From: Candidatus Limiplasma sp.
GTDB taxonomy: Bacteria; Bacteroidota; Bacteroidia; Bacteroidales; F082
Assembly: GCA_036759285.1 (NCBI GenBank)
Contig: DAIOUZ010000005.1
Span: 1 to 33,331, forward strand
DNA length: 33,331 nt
Direction of reading: 5' to 3'
Position 1 is the stretch's first letter; every line of letters begins with the position of its first letter. The position numbers and the translations under genes were made by a program. The notes under the pieces were generated by a model, which had not been told where the DNA came from, ran no database searches, and saw only the letters and a program-made list of their open reading frames with translations. This document shows positions 7,744 to 15,634 of the stretch, piece after piece.

Positions 7744-8823
7744 ATGGATTTCAAAGACCAATTCAAACAACTTGCTGAAAGGTTTTCAAAACTGAAAGAA
7801 CAGATTCAAACCGAAGAAGCCACAAAGAATGCTTTCATTATGCCATTTATCCAACTTTTGGGATATGATGTATTCAATCCATTGGAAGTTGTACCCGAAA
7901 TGGATTGTGACATATCCAAAAAGAAAGGAGAAAAAATTGACTATGCCATCATGAAAGATGGCGAACCCATTATGCTGTTTGAATGCAAGCATTGGAAGCA
8001 AGACCTCAATCTGCATGAAACACAACTTTCTCGTTACTTCGTATCGTCAAAAGCCCGCTTTGGTGTTCTCACGAATGGCCTAAAATATCGTTTTTATACG
8101 GATTTGGAAAAAGCCAACATCATGGATGCCCAGCCATTTCTTGAAGTGGATTTTGAAAAAGCAAAGGATGCCCAGATAGAAGAATTAAAGAAATTCCACA
8201 AATCCTATTTTGAAGTTGATAATATCCTCAGTTCGGCTTCAGAACTCAAGTATATGTCGGAACTCCGCAATGTTTTAAAAGAGGAGTTTCAAACACCATC
8301 TCCCGATTTTGTTAAACTTCTTGCCAAGAGGGTTTATCATGGTACCATGACTCAAAAAATGCTTGACCAATTCAACGACTTGGTAAAGCGTTCGGTTTCA
8401 TCATACATCAACGATGTTATTTCCGATAGATTGAATGTTGCCATACAATCAACTGAGAATAATGCATTGGCCAAAGAAACGCCAGATGAAAAGCAACTGG
8501 AAATTGTCGATGATGACAACGATAGTAAAATCGTCACGACAGAAGAAGAACTTGAAGGATTTTACATTGTTAAATCAATTCTTCGCCAATGTATTGAAGC
8601 GGATCGTATTGTTTACAGAGATGTTCAATCATATTTTGGTATCCTGATTGACGACAACAACAGAAAAGCCGTGTGTAGGCTTTACTTGAACACTCAGAAA
8701 AAATATATAGGTATTATAATGCCTGATAAAACTGAAAACAAACATCAAATCTCATCTATTGATGAAATTTACAATTATGAAGATGAACTGAAAAATGCTG
8801 TTTCAAAATTTGTGGAAAAATGA
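7744..8823 (+). CDS. Lone HsdR_N-type PD-(D/E)xK nuclease domain protein (no helicase or methylase partner in the window)
   Basis: KIDYAIMKDGEPIMLFECKHW (D...E-x-K) followed by QLSRYF...ARFGVLTNGLKYRFY matches the type I restriction enzyme R-subunit N-terminal nuclease domain. The C-terminal segment TTEEELEGFYIVKSIL...RIVYRDVQSYFGILIDDNNRKAVCRLYL is a domain that commonly accompanies it. Confidence 0.7.
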   Translation: MDFKDQFKQLAERFSKLKEQIQTEEATKNAFIMPFIQLLGYDVFNPLEVVPEMDCDISKKKGEKIDYAIMKDGEPIMLFECKHWKQDLNLHETQLSRYFVSSKARFGVLTNGLKYRFYTDLEKANIMDAQPFLEVDFEKAKDAQIEELKKFHKSYFEVDNILSSASELKYMSELRNVLKEEFQTPSPDFVKLLAKRVYHGTMTQKMLDQFNDLVKRSVSSYINDVISDRLNVAIQSTENNALAKETPDEKQLEIVDDDNDSKIVTTEEELEGFYIVKSILRQCIEADRIVYRDVQSYFGILIDDNNRKAVCRLYLNTQKKYIGIIMPDKTENKHQISSIDEIYNYEDELKNAVSKFVEK

Positions 8824-9050
8824 ATGAGCGACTAAAACACCTTATAGAATTGAAGACGAGCGGGAACCAGAAGGAATTCGCCGAATTGATGGGATGGTCG
8901 CCTCAATACATTACCAAATTGCTGAAAGGGGAGGGAGAATTCGGATTGAAACCCGTCTTGACCATTTTGTCTGCATTCCCTGAGATAGATGCCCGATGGC
9001 TGCTTTTTGGTCCTGGATCAACCGAAGCAAAAACTGATAAATCCGAATGA
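8820..9050 (+). CDS. XRE-type HTH protein (76 aa)
   Basis: GNQKEFAELMGWSPQYITKLLKGE...ARWLLFGPGS is the HTH pattern. The start is ATGA-coupled to the nuclease gene. Confidence 0.65.
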   Translation: MNERLKHLIELKTSGNQKEFAELMGWSPQYITKLLKGEGEFGLKPVLTILSAFPEIDARWLLFGPGSTEAKTDKSE

Positions 9051-9054
9051 CACT

Positions 9055-9312
9055 ATGCAGACAGAAGAGAGCCAAAAGATAGTGCTTCGGTTTTTCGAGG
9101 CCTTGAACATCTTGAAGGAAAACAAGCGGATTAGGGGAAAGAAGACCTTCACCGACCGTTACGGCATCAACCGCTGGAACCTGAACACGCTCGAGAAGGA
9201 GCCAGAACGCGACATCTTTCAGGTGGCCTGGCTCAATTATCTTGTAAGAGATTACGGCGTGTCGGCTGAATGGCTCCTGACCGGCAGAGGAAAGCCGTTG
9301 GTGAAAGGGTAG
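9055..9312 (+). CDS. HTH-like DNA-binding protein (85 aa from ATG 9055)
   Basis: The ORF-track start at 8989 overlaps the previous gene. The internal ATG at 9055 (MQTEESQK) follows its stop. The C-terminus YGVSAEWLLTGRGKP carries the XRE-type end motif. Confidence 0.55.
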   Translation: MQTEESQKIVLRFFEALNILKENKRIRGKKTFTDRYGINRWNLNTLEKEPERDIFQVAWLNYLVRDYGVSAEWLLTGRGKPLVKG

Positions 9313-9414
9313 GGGCTTATTTTTCCGAAATACGCCGTCTCCCGCGTTTTCAAAATCATTACGATAAAGTATAAGGAAGACGAATAAAAACGCCGTAGAA
9401 GCCGCGAAATCGCG

Positions 9415-10584
9415 TCAGTCGATTCTCCAAACCGTATCGTCGCCACCAAGCACACTCGGAATCTTTGAGACGGCGGCCTGCTTGTTTTTGTCAAGCACCT
9501 TGGCATAGATTTGTGTGGTGGACAATTCCTTGTGGCCAAGCAATTTGCTTACCGTATAGATATCGGTTCCGATGTCCAGCATCATAGTTGCGAAGGTGTG
9601 GCGGGCACAATGGAAGGTGATGTCTTTCTCAATCCCTGCCTTCTCGCACCAAAGCCTGATCATTCCGTTCACATAATCTGGGCAATGAAAAACAAACACT
9701 TTTTCGTCTGCCTTTCCGCGTTCCCCCATCAGTTCTGCCGCCTCGGGAGCAATATCAAGATATTCCTGTCCGTTGGTTTTTTTCTGCCTGAAAATGATGC
9801 GGGTGAATTCTCCTTGACTGTGCACCTCTCCCCATGTCAATTTTTCCACATCGCTTCTACGCAATCCAGTGAGGCAACTGAAAAGGAAAGCCCTCTTTAC
9901 CTCTGGGTCACGGCATTCTGTGGCGGCCAACAAACGAACCTCGTCAATAGTGAGGTACATCCTGGTGCCTTCGACCTGCTGGAAACCTTCAATTCCGACA
10001 GTCGGATTGCTGAGGATAATCCTTTCCTGATACGCTTGGTTGAGACAGGCAACAAGTTTTCGATAGTATGATGCTCTGCTATTCTTGGCCAAAGGCTTTT
10101 TTTCCTTCCTGTAGCCGACACTGCCTTGCCATGAGTCCGTGCTTTCAAGATAGTCATGGAAGCCTTGTACCCATTCAGGGGTAATTTCGGCGAATGTCCT
10201 TTGCTTCAGCCTGCTGTCATATCTCTGCAGGTGTTTGAGACATGACCGCCAATTACCCCAATTGCCGAGTGACTCAACCCCACGCCGAGCCTCGACCATA
10301 CTGACGAAATAATCATAGAAGTTCATCTTTTCTTTGGCCTGGTTCTTAAATCCGAACTCACCATTACGGATCTCGACAACACGCTTTGCCCTTACTGCCT
10401 CTGCAAGGGCAAGAGTGTTGCGGTTGTTTTCCTTATCGGCACGGGTCTTTTCGGGGACCAGGTAGAGACGGAGGTATTCATAACTCCGATTGCCGTTTAC
10501 ATAGATATCAAGATAGAGTGATTCGCTTCCGTCCTTCATTTTACGCTTGCGCAAACGGACGGGTTCTTTCGACTGTTTTTCCAT
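9415..10584 (-). CDS. int: Tyrosine site-specific integrase (Bacteroidetes phage/CTn type)
   Basis: It has an N-terminal arm-binding/SAM-like region. The catalytic residues are in ...GLRRSDV... and FHCARHTFATMML...LLGHKELSTTQIYAKV (R...HxxR...Y). Confidence 0.95.
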   Translation of the reverse strand: MEKQSKEPVRLRKRKMKDGSESLYLDIYVNGNRSYEYLRLYLVPEKTRADKENNRNTLALAEAVRAKRVVEIRNGEFGFKNQAKEKMNFYDYFVSMVEARRGVESLGNWGNWRSCLKHLQRYDSRLKQRTFAEITPEWVQGFHDYLESTDSWQGSVGYRKEKKPLAKNSRASYYRKLVACLNQAYQERIILSNPTVGIEGFQQVEGTRMYLTIDEVRLLAATECRDPEVKRAFLFSCLTGLRRSDVEKLTWGEVHSQGEFTRIIFRQKKTNGQEYLDIAPEAAELMGERGKADEKVFVFHCPDYVNGMIRLWCEKAGIEKDITFHCARHTFATMMLDIGTDIYTVSKLLGHKELSTTQIYAKVLDKNKQAAVSKIPSVLGGDDTVWRID

Positions 10585-10603
10585 ACTGCTTGTATTTTAT
10601 CAT

Positions 10604-10626
10604 TTTTGTTGCTCATTTTGTTGCTC
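10604..10626. repeat. Tandem 11-bp direct repeat TTTTGTTGCTC x2 (10604-10614 and 10616-10626), candidate integrase arm-type sites
   Basis: Exact copies with a 12-bp period, immediately upstream of int. An inverted copy lies at 10883-10893. Confidence 0.4.
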
Positions 10627-10691
10627 GACAGAATTGCGCAACAAAGAAACAACAAAAAAGTGATAATTCGGTAATAAAACTGCAATAAGAT

Positions 10692-10726
10692 AAAAAAAGG
10701 CTGTGAACCGAGCAAAGTCCACAGCC
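10692..10726 (-). terminator. Rho-independent terminator (minus strand)
   Basis: GGCTGTG/CACAGCC forms a 7-bp stem (10699-10705 with 10720-10726). It is followed on the minus strand by T7 (10692-10698). Confidence 0.6.
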
Positions 10727-10882
10727 TAAGCAGTATGAGTTGACATTAGATTATGTCCGAATTGTGTTTGTTTACTACCTCAAAAATGCCTCCTACTTTC
10801 CGATGCAGAATCTCATCATTAGTTGATAATCATCTGTTATATAGTATTTTGATGTCATATACTGTTTTTTCAAGCAACAAGG

Positions 10883-10893
10883 GAGCAACAAAA
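10883..10893. repeat. Inverted copy GAGCAACAAAA of the 11-bp int-proximal repeat
   Basis: Exact reverse complement of TTTTGTTGCTC. Partial copies AGCAACAA (10873-10880) and GCAACAAAG (about 10638) are also present. Confidence 0.4.
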
Positions 10894-10959
10894 TTGTACT
10901 AAAACAGCCCGAATCCCGTGTTGAATTGTCCTGCAAAAATAGTCATTTTTCCCATTTCA

Positions 10960-11493
10960 TTATACGAATATACGAATAAACAACTTCACAAGGGGTTTCC
11001 TGCAAATCCATACCAAAGCCAATACCAGTGCTGAAAGAATATACCAGAACCCGTGCAACCTCATAAGCTGCCACCGTGTCAATTCCTTTTCCACTTTCAC
11101 TTCAACTGGATAGGGCACAGGCACCTTTTTATATATAATGCTATCCCTCGCCGTCTCTGTGGTTTTGACAGGGACGGGTAACTGCTGCGGCTTGGTCTCA
11201 AGTGAATGGTAAAGCATCCCCGTCTCTGTGATTTCGGCTCGGGAAATACAATATTTGTTTTCCAATGTAGAAGTCGTGTCGGTCAAAACCTGTTGAATCC
11301 ATTTCTCAATGGTAATGTAGGCTGTATCTATCAGTTCTACATACTCTGTACGAATGACTATACTGTCAGTCCTCCATTCACCCTCCGACCGTACCAGCCT
11401 CCAACCACGGCACCCAGATAGGAATGCCGTGGCGAAGGCCAACAAGAGGAAAATATATGGTTTGGGTAAATTAGTCCTCATAACGGAAATCAT
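10960..11493 (-). CDS. Unimolecular spanin candidate (lipoprotein with C-terminal TM anchor)
   Basis: The N-terminus has the lipobox LLLAFATAFLSGC. The C-terminus has the TM helix GFWYILSALVLALVWIC. It lies directly downstream of and overlapping the endolysin gene. Confidence 0.55.
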   Translation of the reverse strand: MISVMRTNLPKPYIFLLLAFATAFLSGCRGWRLVRSEGEWRTDSIVIRTEYVELIDTAYITIEKWIQQVLTDTTSTLENKYCISRAEITETGMLYHSLETKPQQLPVPVKTTETARDSIIYKKVPVPYPVEVKVEKELTRWQLMRLHGFWYILSALVLALVWICRKPLVKLFIRIFV

Positions 11494-12055
11494 TCAAGCG
11501 GTTCATCCATCCACGCAAAAAGCGTTTGTTGGTGTATTTCAGTTTCTCGCGTTCCGTGGCGGGTCTGCCAATCTTCTTTTCATAGGCTTTCACACTTGAT
11601 GCCACGATGTCTTCAAAGAACTTTTTCCGTCTCAACCAAAGGCGGTCGAAAAGGTCTTTTTGAGGTTGCCAGCCGTTGATTTTCGCCAGCGTGATGGGAC
11701 CGACAACGCCGTCCTGTTTCACGCCGAGAACGGATTGGATGGTCTTGATATAGCCCTTGCCGCTACCCCAAAGGGTATTGACGCAAAGATTGGCGATGCT
11801 CTGATTCTTGATTTCGTCAGCCCGCATCTTATCCCAAAAGAACTCTTTGAGGATGGCCAACACCTCATCATCAGTAATGCGCTTCAAATCCTCAACAGTC
11901 GGAGGCTTCATCTTGTGAGCCTTCCGATACGCCTTATAGGTTGCAAGGGTCACACCCTTGTTGGTCGCGCCGCCGCTGTCGGCGGGGTCGTTCACGAAGC
12001 CGCCTTCCCATTTCAGGATGATAGGCAGCAATAAATCAACTTTTGCCATAGTCAT
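11471..12055 (-). CDS. Endolysin, GH108 lysozyme domain + PG_binding_3-like C-terminus
   Basis: ILKWEGGFVNDPADSGGATNKGVT is the GH108 signature (EGGxxNDPxDxGGxTxxG). It is adjacent to the holin. Confidence 0.85.
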   Translation of the reverse strand: MTMAKVDLLLPIILKWEGGFVNDPADSGGATNKGVTLATYKAYRKAHKMKPPTVEDLKRITDDEVLAILKEFFWDKMRADEIKNQSIANLCVNTLWGSGKGYIKTIQSVLGVKQDGVVGPITLAKINGWQPQKDLFDRLWLRRKKFFEDIVASSVKAYEKKIGRPATEREKLKYTNKRFLRGWMNRLNDFRYED

Positions 12056-12549
12056 TCAATTGTTTGTTCGTGCTCATCATTCATCTGGTCTGCTTGCATC
12101 TGAGCTTGCTGTTGTACCTCGATGGCCTTTACAATCGCATCTTTGAAGGTTTTACTTTCAAATAACTTGGTCAAAAACTCACCTGCCTCTGAAAAGTCCT
12201 TTTTGGTCTTTTTATCTGACTTTTCGCGGATGCTCAGGAACTCGACCACAAGCAGAAAGATACCTATCAAACAAGTCACTACTGGAATACCGTCAATTGG
12301 ACTGAGGTGGAACAATTCAAACAACCTTGAAAAGTAAATGAGCATGTCCACGCCGAAGGCAATCATCATGCCTCCTTCATAAGTAATGAACTTTGTGAGG
12401 GTACGTTTCAAGCCCCATGATGAACGGATTTCGCCGCGCATTTTTGCCTTGTGCAATCCGCTGGCAAGGTCAATCATCATAGCGAAAAATACAATAATAC
12501 AGGCAATTACAACCACAACGAGCATTTCAGTTAGAGCATGTAGATTCAT
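12052..12549 (-). CDS. Holin (multi-TM phage holin family)
   Basis: About 3-4 hydrophobic helices, a charged C-terminal tail, and a 4-nt overlap with the endolysin start. Confidence 0.7.
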   Translation of the reverse strand: MNLHALTEMLVVVVIACIIVFFAMMIDLASGLHKAKMRGEIRSSWGLKRTLTKFITYEGGMMIAFGVDMLIYFSRLFELFHLSPIDGIPVVTCLIGIFLLVVEFLSIREKSDKKTKKDFSEAGEFLTKLFESKTFKDAIVKAIEVQQQAQMQADQMNDEHEQTIE

Positions 12550-12566
12550 AGCAGTTAGATTTGCAG

Positions 12567-12574
12567 CAAAAATA
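12567..12574 (-). promoter_or_regulatory. Candidate -7 box TATTTTTG for the lysis cassette
   Basis: The plus strand reads caaaaata. It lies 17 nt upstream of the holin ATG (12549). Confidence 0.35.
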
Positions 12575-12578
12575 CAAA

Positions 12579-12597
12579 ATGATTATATTATAATCAT
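12579..12597. repeat. Perfect 19-bp palindrome ATGATTATATTATAATCAT (operator-like)
   Basis: 9-bp arms around a central T. It abuts the lysis -7 box. The 14-mer TGATTATATTATAA recurs at 32500-32513. Confidence 0.8.
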
Positions 12598-12613
12598 ATT
12601 ATTGGCAAAATTT

Positions 12614-15586
12614 TTATGGAATAATGAATTTTCCAATATTTCTTGAGTTCTGCCATTGATTGCTATTCAAAAGAATGAAACTATATATAGACCAAACAGG
12701 AGTGGCTCCTGAAATCATAACGGTTCGGATCGTGATTTTAATTGTATCATTGTTATGATCATATACTTTACTAATTGTGTGTACAGTTACACCTTCGGCA
12801 TCTGATGAGCCAATCAATAAAACAGTATCAAGAATCGGCGCGAACACTCCATTCATTCCAATATTACTTCTTTTGAACCATGAAGCAGGCACAGTCAACA
12901 CATAACTACCAATTGTTGGACCAATATCAAAACCAACGGTCGCTTCATCATCAAACACAGACCCATACAACGTGGCAACGGTATGGCTTTGTTCATCTTT
13001 GCCTATTGTAACGTTGCCAATCATCAAAGCACGAAGATTATTGCCGTAAGACTCAGGGTTGCCGTAAAAAGCGTCACGATCTACAACCACCCATCCATAA
13101 AACTCACTTTCGGTACCATAACCAACAAGAGAAAGAATCTCATTTGAGTAGGTCAATTGAGTTGTCCTGCGGCTACCATTGATATAAATGTATTGGTCGC
13201 TTTCAGATGGAGCGGCTATGGTTCCAGTACCGCATATCATAATTTTTCGACCGGATTGCGATGGACCCCAAACAAGATTTATCGTATGGCCTGACGAGGT
13301 AATAACATTGTCAAAATTCATCGAGGAAAACGGATTTGTGTTCCCGTTTTGGAACGGGCTTCTGAATGTGCCCCTAATTAAAGCGTCATTTGCCTCAATT
13401 CGCCCTGTTTCAAGGTTGAAGAATGATTTTCCATCGCCACTTATTATTAGGTTGGTCGTGACCCGTCCAGGCAACAGTTCCGTAAACCCGTACAAAGTTA
13501 CAAAACTCCGCTCTCCATCATGAACCTTACCAAGAATGCCAACGAGAAAATGATAGTAACCAGCCTCATGGTCAATCGTGATTGCGATATCTGATAACAC
13601 AAACTCACCAGTTTCAACACCCTCAACACTGCTGCATTTAGCATAAAGGTAATACCCCTGCGTGTCGTCTGTTAGAACCTCCGAAACAAAGTCAGACATA
13701 ATCCATTTCATATAATCTTGAGGGTATGTAAGACTTGTGTCCATTTCTTTATGTAGCAAAACGAGAACGTCCGGTGGAGTACTTGTACTTGGATTGGTTG
13801 CGCTGAAAACCCTCGTGTCATTGTTCATGTGAAAAATTGCCGAAGATGGAATTACCACATTGGTTCCATTCCTAAACTCGAACTGCAATCCTCTGTCTCC
13901 AATGAGTGCCTGCATAGTTTGCACTGTTATTGGGTTAATGCCTTCAGAAAAATCCAGCAGCGATTCCTGTAGCATTTCCATCGTGTCAAGAGCATCACGG
14001 AATCGGCGTTTGGTGAAAAGGATGCTGTCGTTGTAAAGGGTTCCCATCTCCACTTCCTGGTTCTGTACGAGGTTCATGCTGGATGCAAACCCCGCAGCAG
14101 TCAATTGGTTGGAAAGGGTGATTTCAGGAGAGAAGGGATTGTTGATATAATCCTTGATTGCGGTGATCCGAACCAACACGGCGTCAGATTGGAATCGGTC
14201 ATCTTGGAAACTGACATAACCGCCAAGCATTATTTTCGGTCCGACATCATCCCAACGCGACTTTGACCATATCCCGTCAAGGTCGCCCGTAAAAGTGAAT
14301 CTCTGGTCTTCATGCTCATACAAATAGCGTATTGCGGCACGGAACATGTCCCATTCGGCTCCCGACTTGGTAGCATTGTCACAAATGTAACTTGCTGGAA
14401 GTGTGCAGTTGAAAATGATGAATGTATCACCCCCAATAGGAGAAAAGACAGAATCAGGCATTTTTCTGCCGTCAAGTTCACACGGAACAATTGCAAAACG
14501 CTTGTCTTCATCGTGATAAGAAACGTCAAACTCTCGGCCAGCCAACATTCCGCTTTGGAAAACGATGGTCATAGTCTCTCCCACAATAACGCATTGCGAA
14601 TAGTTCGGACATGGGTTAGGGTGAGTCACCCCGTCAATAACCAATGTCTCATTGTCAATGATGTCGTAATAATGGTTTTCCTCACTCACCACCACAACGC
14701 TACCGACCTGTCCGATACGTTTAGGATAGATGTCGGAACAGTCGATGCTGTCCTCTGCATAGGTATCAAGCGGCCTATCACTGCGTTGGATTGACATGCG
14801 GTCGCTTCTGACTTCATATTGACGCGCAATGGAGCTGTCGTACCCAGACTCATCTTCGAAGTGCGTGCCATCGAAACCTAATGAAGAGCCGACAGGTGGC
14901 AAATGCAATTCCCTGAAACCGTAAGCACTTGGATCGATATTGCGCTCTCCGCCTTGCACATAGAGGATTTCCACCGGCATTTGGTCACTGCTGTTGCTTC
15001 TTCCAACACCAGGCTTGAATCCGTTACCCTTTCCGTAAGCAAGGGCAAGAGGGGTGGCCTTGTTGTATTCCACCTTCTTTAATGAAACGCGCTTGTTGAC
15101 GATTTCCCATTCTGTGTCAAATTCATTGGCCATCATCTGCAAGGCATCGATGCAATAATTGTGGTCGTAACTGATGAGGTGCTCGGTGCCTGGCACACAT
15201 TCTCCCATGGTCCATCCGTTGTCGCGCAGATTCATGTTGTCAATAAACATCTGCAGGTGTTCATGGGGCTTGGCCGTGAGCGGGAATTTCAGCCTTCCGT
15301 CAACGGTATTTTTGAATTTCCAATGCTTTGCCCTTGACTGATAGGCTTCCATTGTCACGACATACTCAAACAGACGTGTATGCTGCATTTTTAGGTTCTC
15401 TGGCCTTTCAAGGGTGTATCGCGAGCCTTGGTACTCGCAATATGCGCCTATCGGGATTTCGGCATGCTCGGCAAGCGAGAAATAGAGCGTAAGCGTATCG
15501 TTGCCCATGATGGAACGGTTGCGGCAACTATTGTCGTCGACCTCCACATTAAGCAATACGGTGTCATTTGAATCGTAGATTTGCAT
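12614..15586 (-). CDS. Tal-like tail protein / phage minor structural protein (990 aa) with divergent low-GC C-terminal part
   Basis: The N-terminus (MQIYDSN...LTLYFSL...IPIGAYCEYQGSRYTL...YVVTMEAYQS..) resembles the prophage tail endopeptidase / minor structural protein N-terminal region. Called also on its size and its position in the tail module. Confidence 0.7.
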   Translation of the reverse strand: MQIYDSNDTVLLNVEVDDNSCRNRSIMGNDTLTLYFSLAEHAEIPIGAYCEYQGSRYTLERPENLKMQHTRLFEYVVTMEAYQSRAKHWKFKNTVDGRLKFPLTAKPHEHLQMFIDNMNLRDNGWTMGECVPGTEHLISYDHNYCIDALQMMANEFDTEWEIVNKRVSLKKVEYNKATPLALAYGKGNGFKPGVGRSNSSDQMPVEILYVQGGERNIDPSAYGFRELHLPPVGSSLGFDGTHFEDESGYDSSIARQYEVRSDRMSIQRSDRPLDTYAEDSIDCSDIYPKRIGQVGSVVVVSEENHYYDIIDNETLVIDGVTHPNPCPNYSQCVIVGETMTIVFQSGMLAGREFDVSYHDEDKRFAIVPCELDGRKMPDSVFSPIGGDTFIIFNCTLPASYICDNATKSGAEWDMFRAAIRYLYEHEDQRFTFTGDLDGIWSKSRWDDVGPKIMLGGYVSFQDDRFQSDAVLVRITAIKDYINNPFSPEITLSNQLTAAGFASSMNLVQNQEVEMGTLYNDSILFTKRRFRDALDTMEMLQESLLDFSEGINPITVQTMQALIGDRGLQFEFRNGTNVVIPSSAIFHMNNDTRVFSATNPSTSTPPDVLVLLHKEMDTSLTYPQDYMKWIMSDFVSEVLTDDTQGYYLYAKCSSVEGVETGEFVLSDIAITIDHEAGYYHFLVGILGKVHDGERSFVTLYGFTELLPGRVTTNLIISGDGKSFFNLETGRIEANDALIRGTFRSPFQNGNTNPFSSMNFDNVITSSGHTINLVWGPSQSGRKIMICGTGTIAAPSESDQYIYINGSRRTTQLTYSNEILSLVGYGTESEFYGWVVVDRDAFYGNPESYGNNLRALMIGNVTIGKDEQSHTVATLYGSVFDDEATVGFDIGPTIGSYVLTVPASWFKRSNIGMNGVFAPILDTVLLIGSSDAEGVTVHTISKVYDHNNDTIKITIRTVMISGATPVWSIYSFILLNSNQWQNSRNIGKFIIP

Positions 15587-15587
15587 T

Positions 15588-15626
15588 TCGTATTTTACAT
15601 TGATGTTTCAATCAGTAAAAATACGA
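15588..15626 (-). other. Extended AU-rich stem-loop (16 bp with two bulges) between the RT stop and the 990-aa gene start
   Basis: 15588-15598 pairs with 15615-15626 (11 bp, one A bulge). 15599-15603 pairs with 15608-15612 around a 4-nt loop. It ends 1 nt from the ATG at 15586. Confidence 0.5.
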
Positions 15627-15634
15627 AAAACATG

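Larger units (their letters stand above)
10585..10959. other. attP-like non-coding region between the integrase and the lysis cassette
   Basis: A 375-bp AT-rich spacer with no convincing ORF. It contains repeated TTTTGTTGCTC / GAGCAACAAAA motifs and a terminator. Confidence 0.5.
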
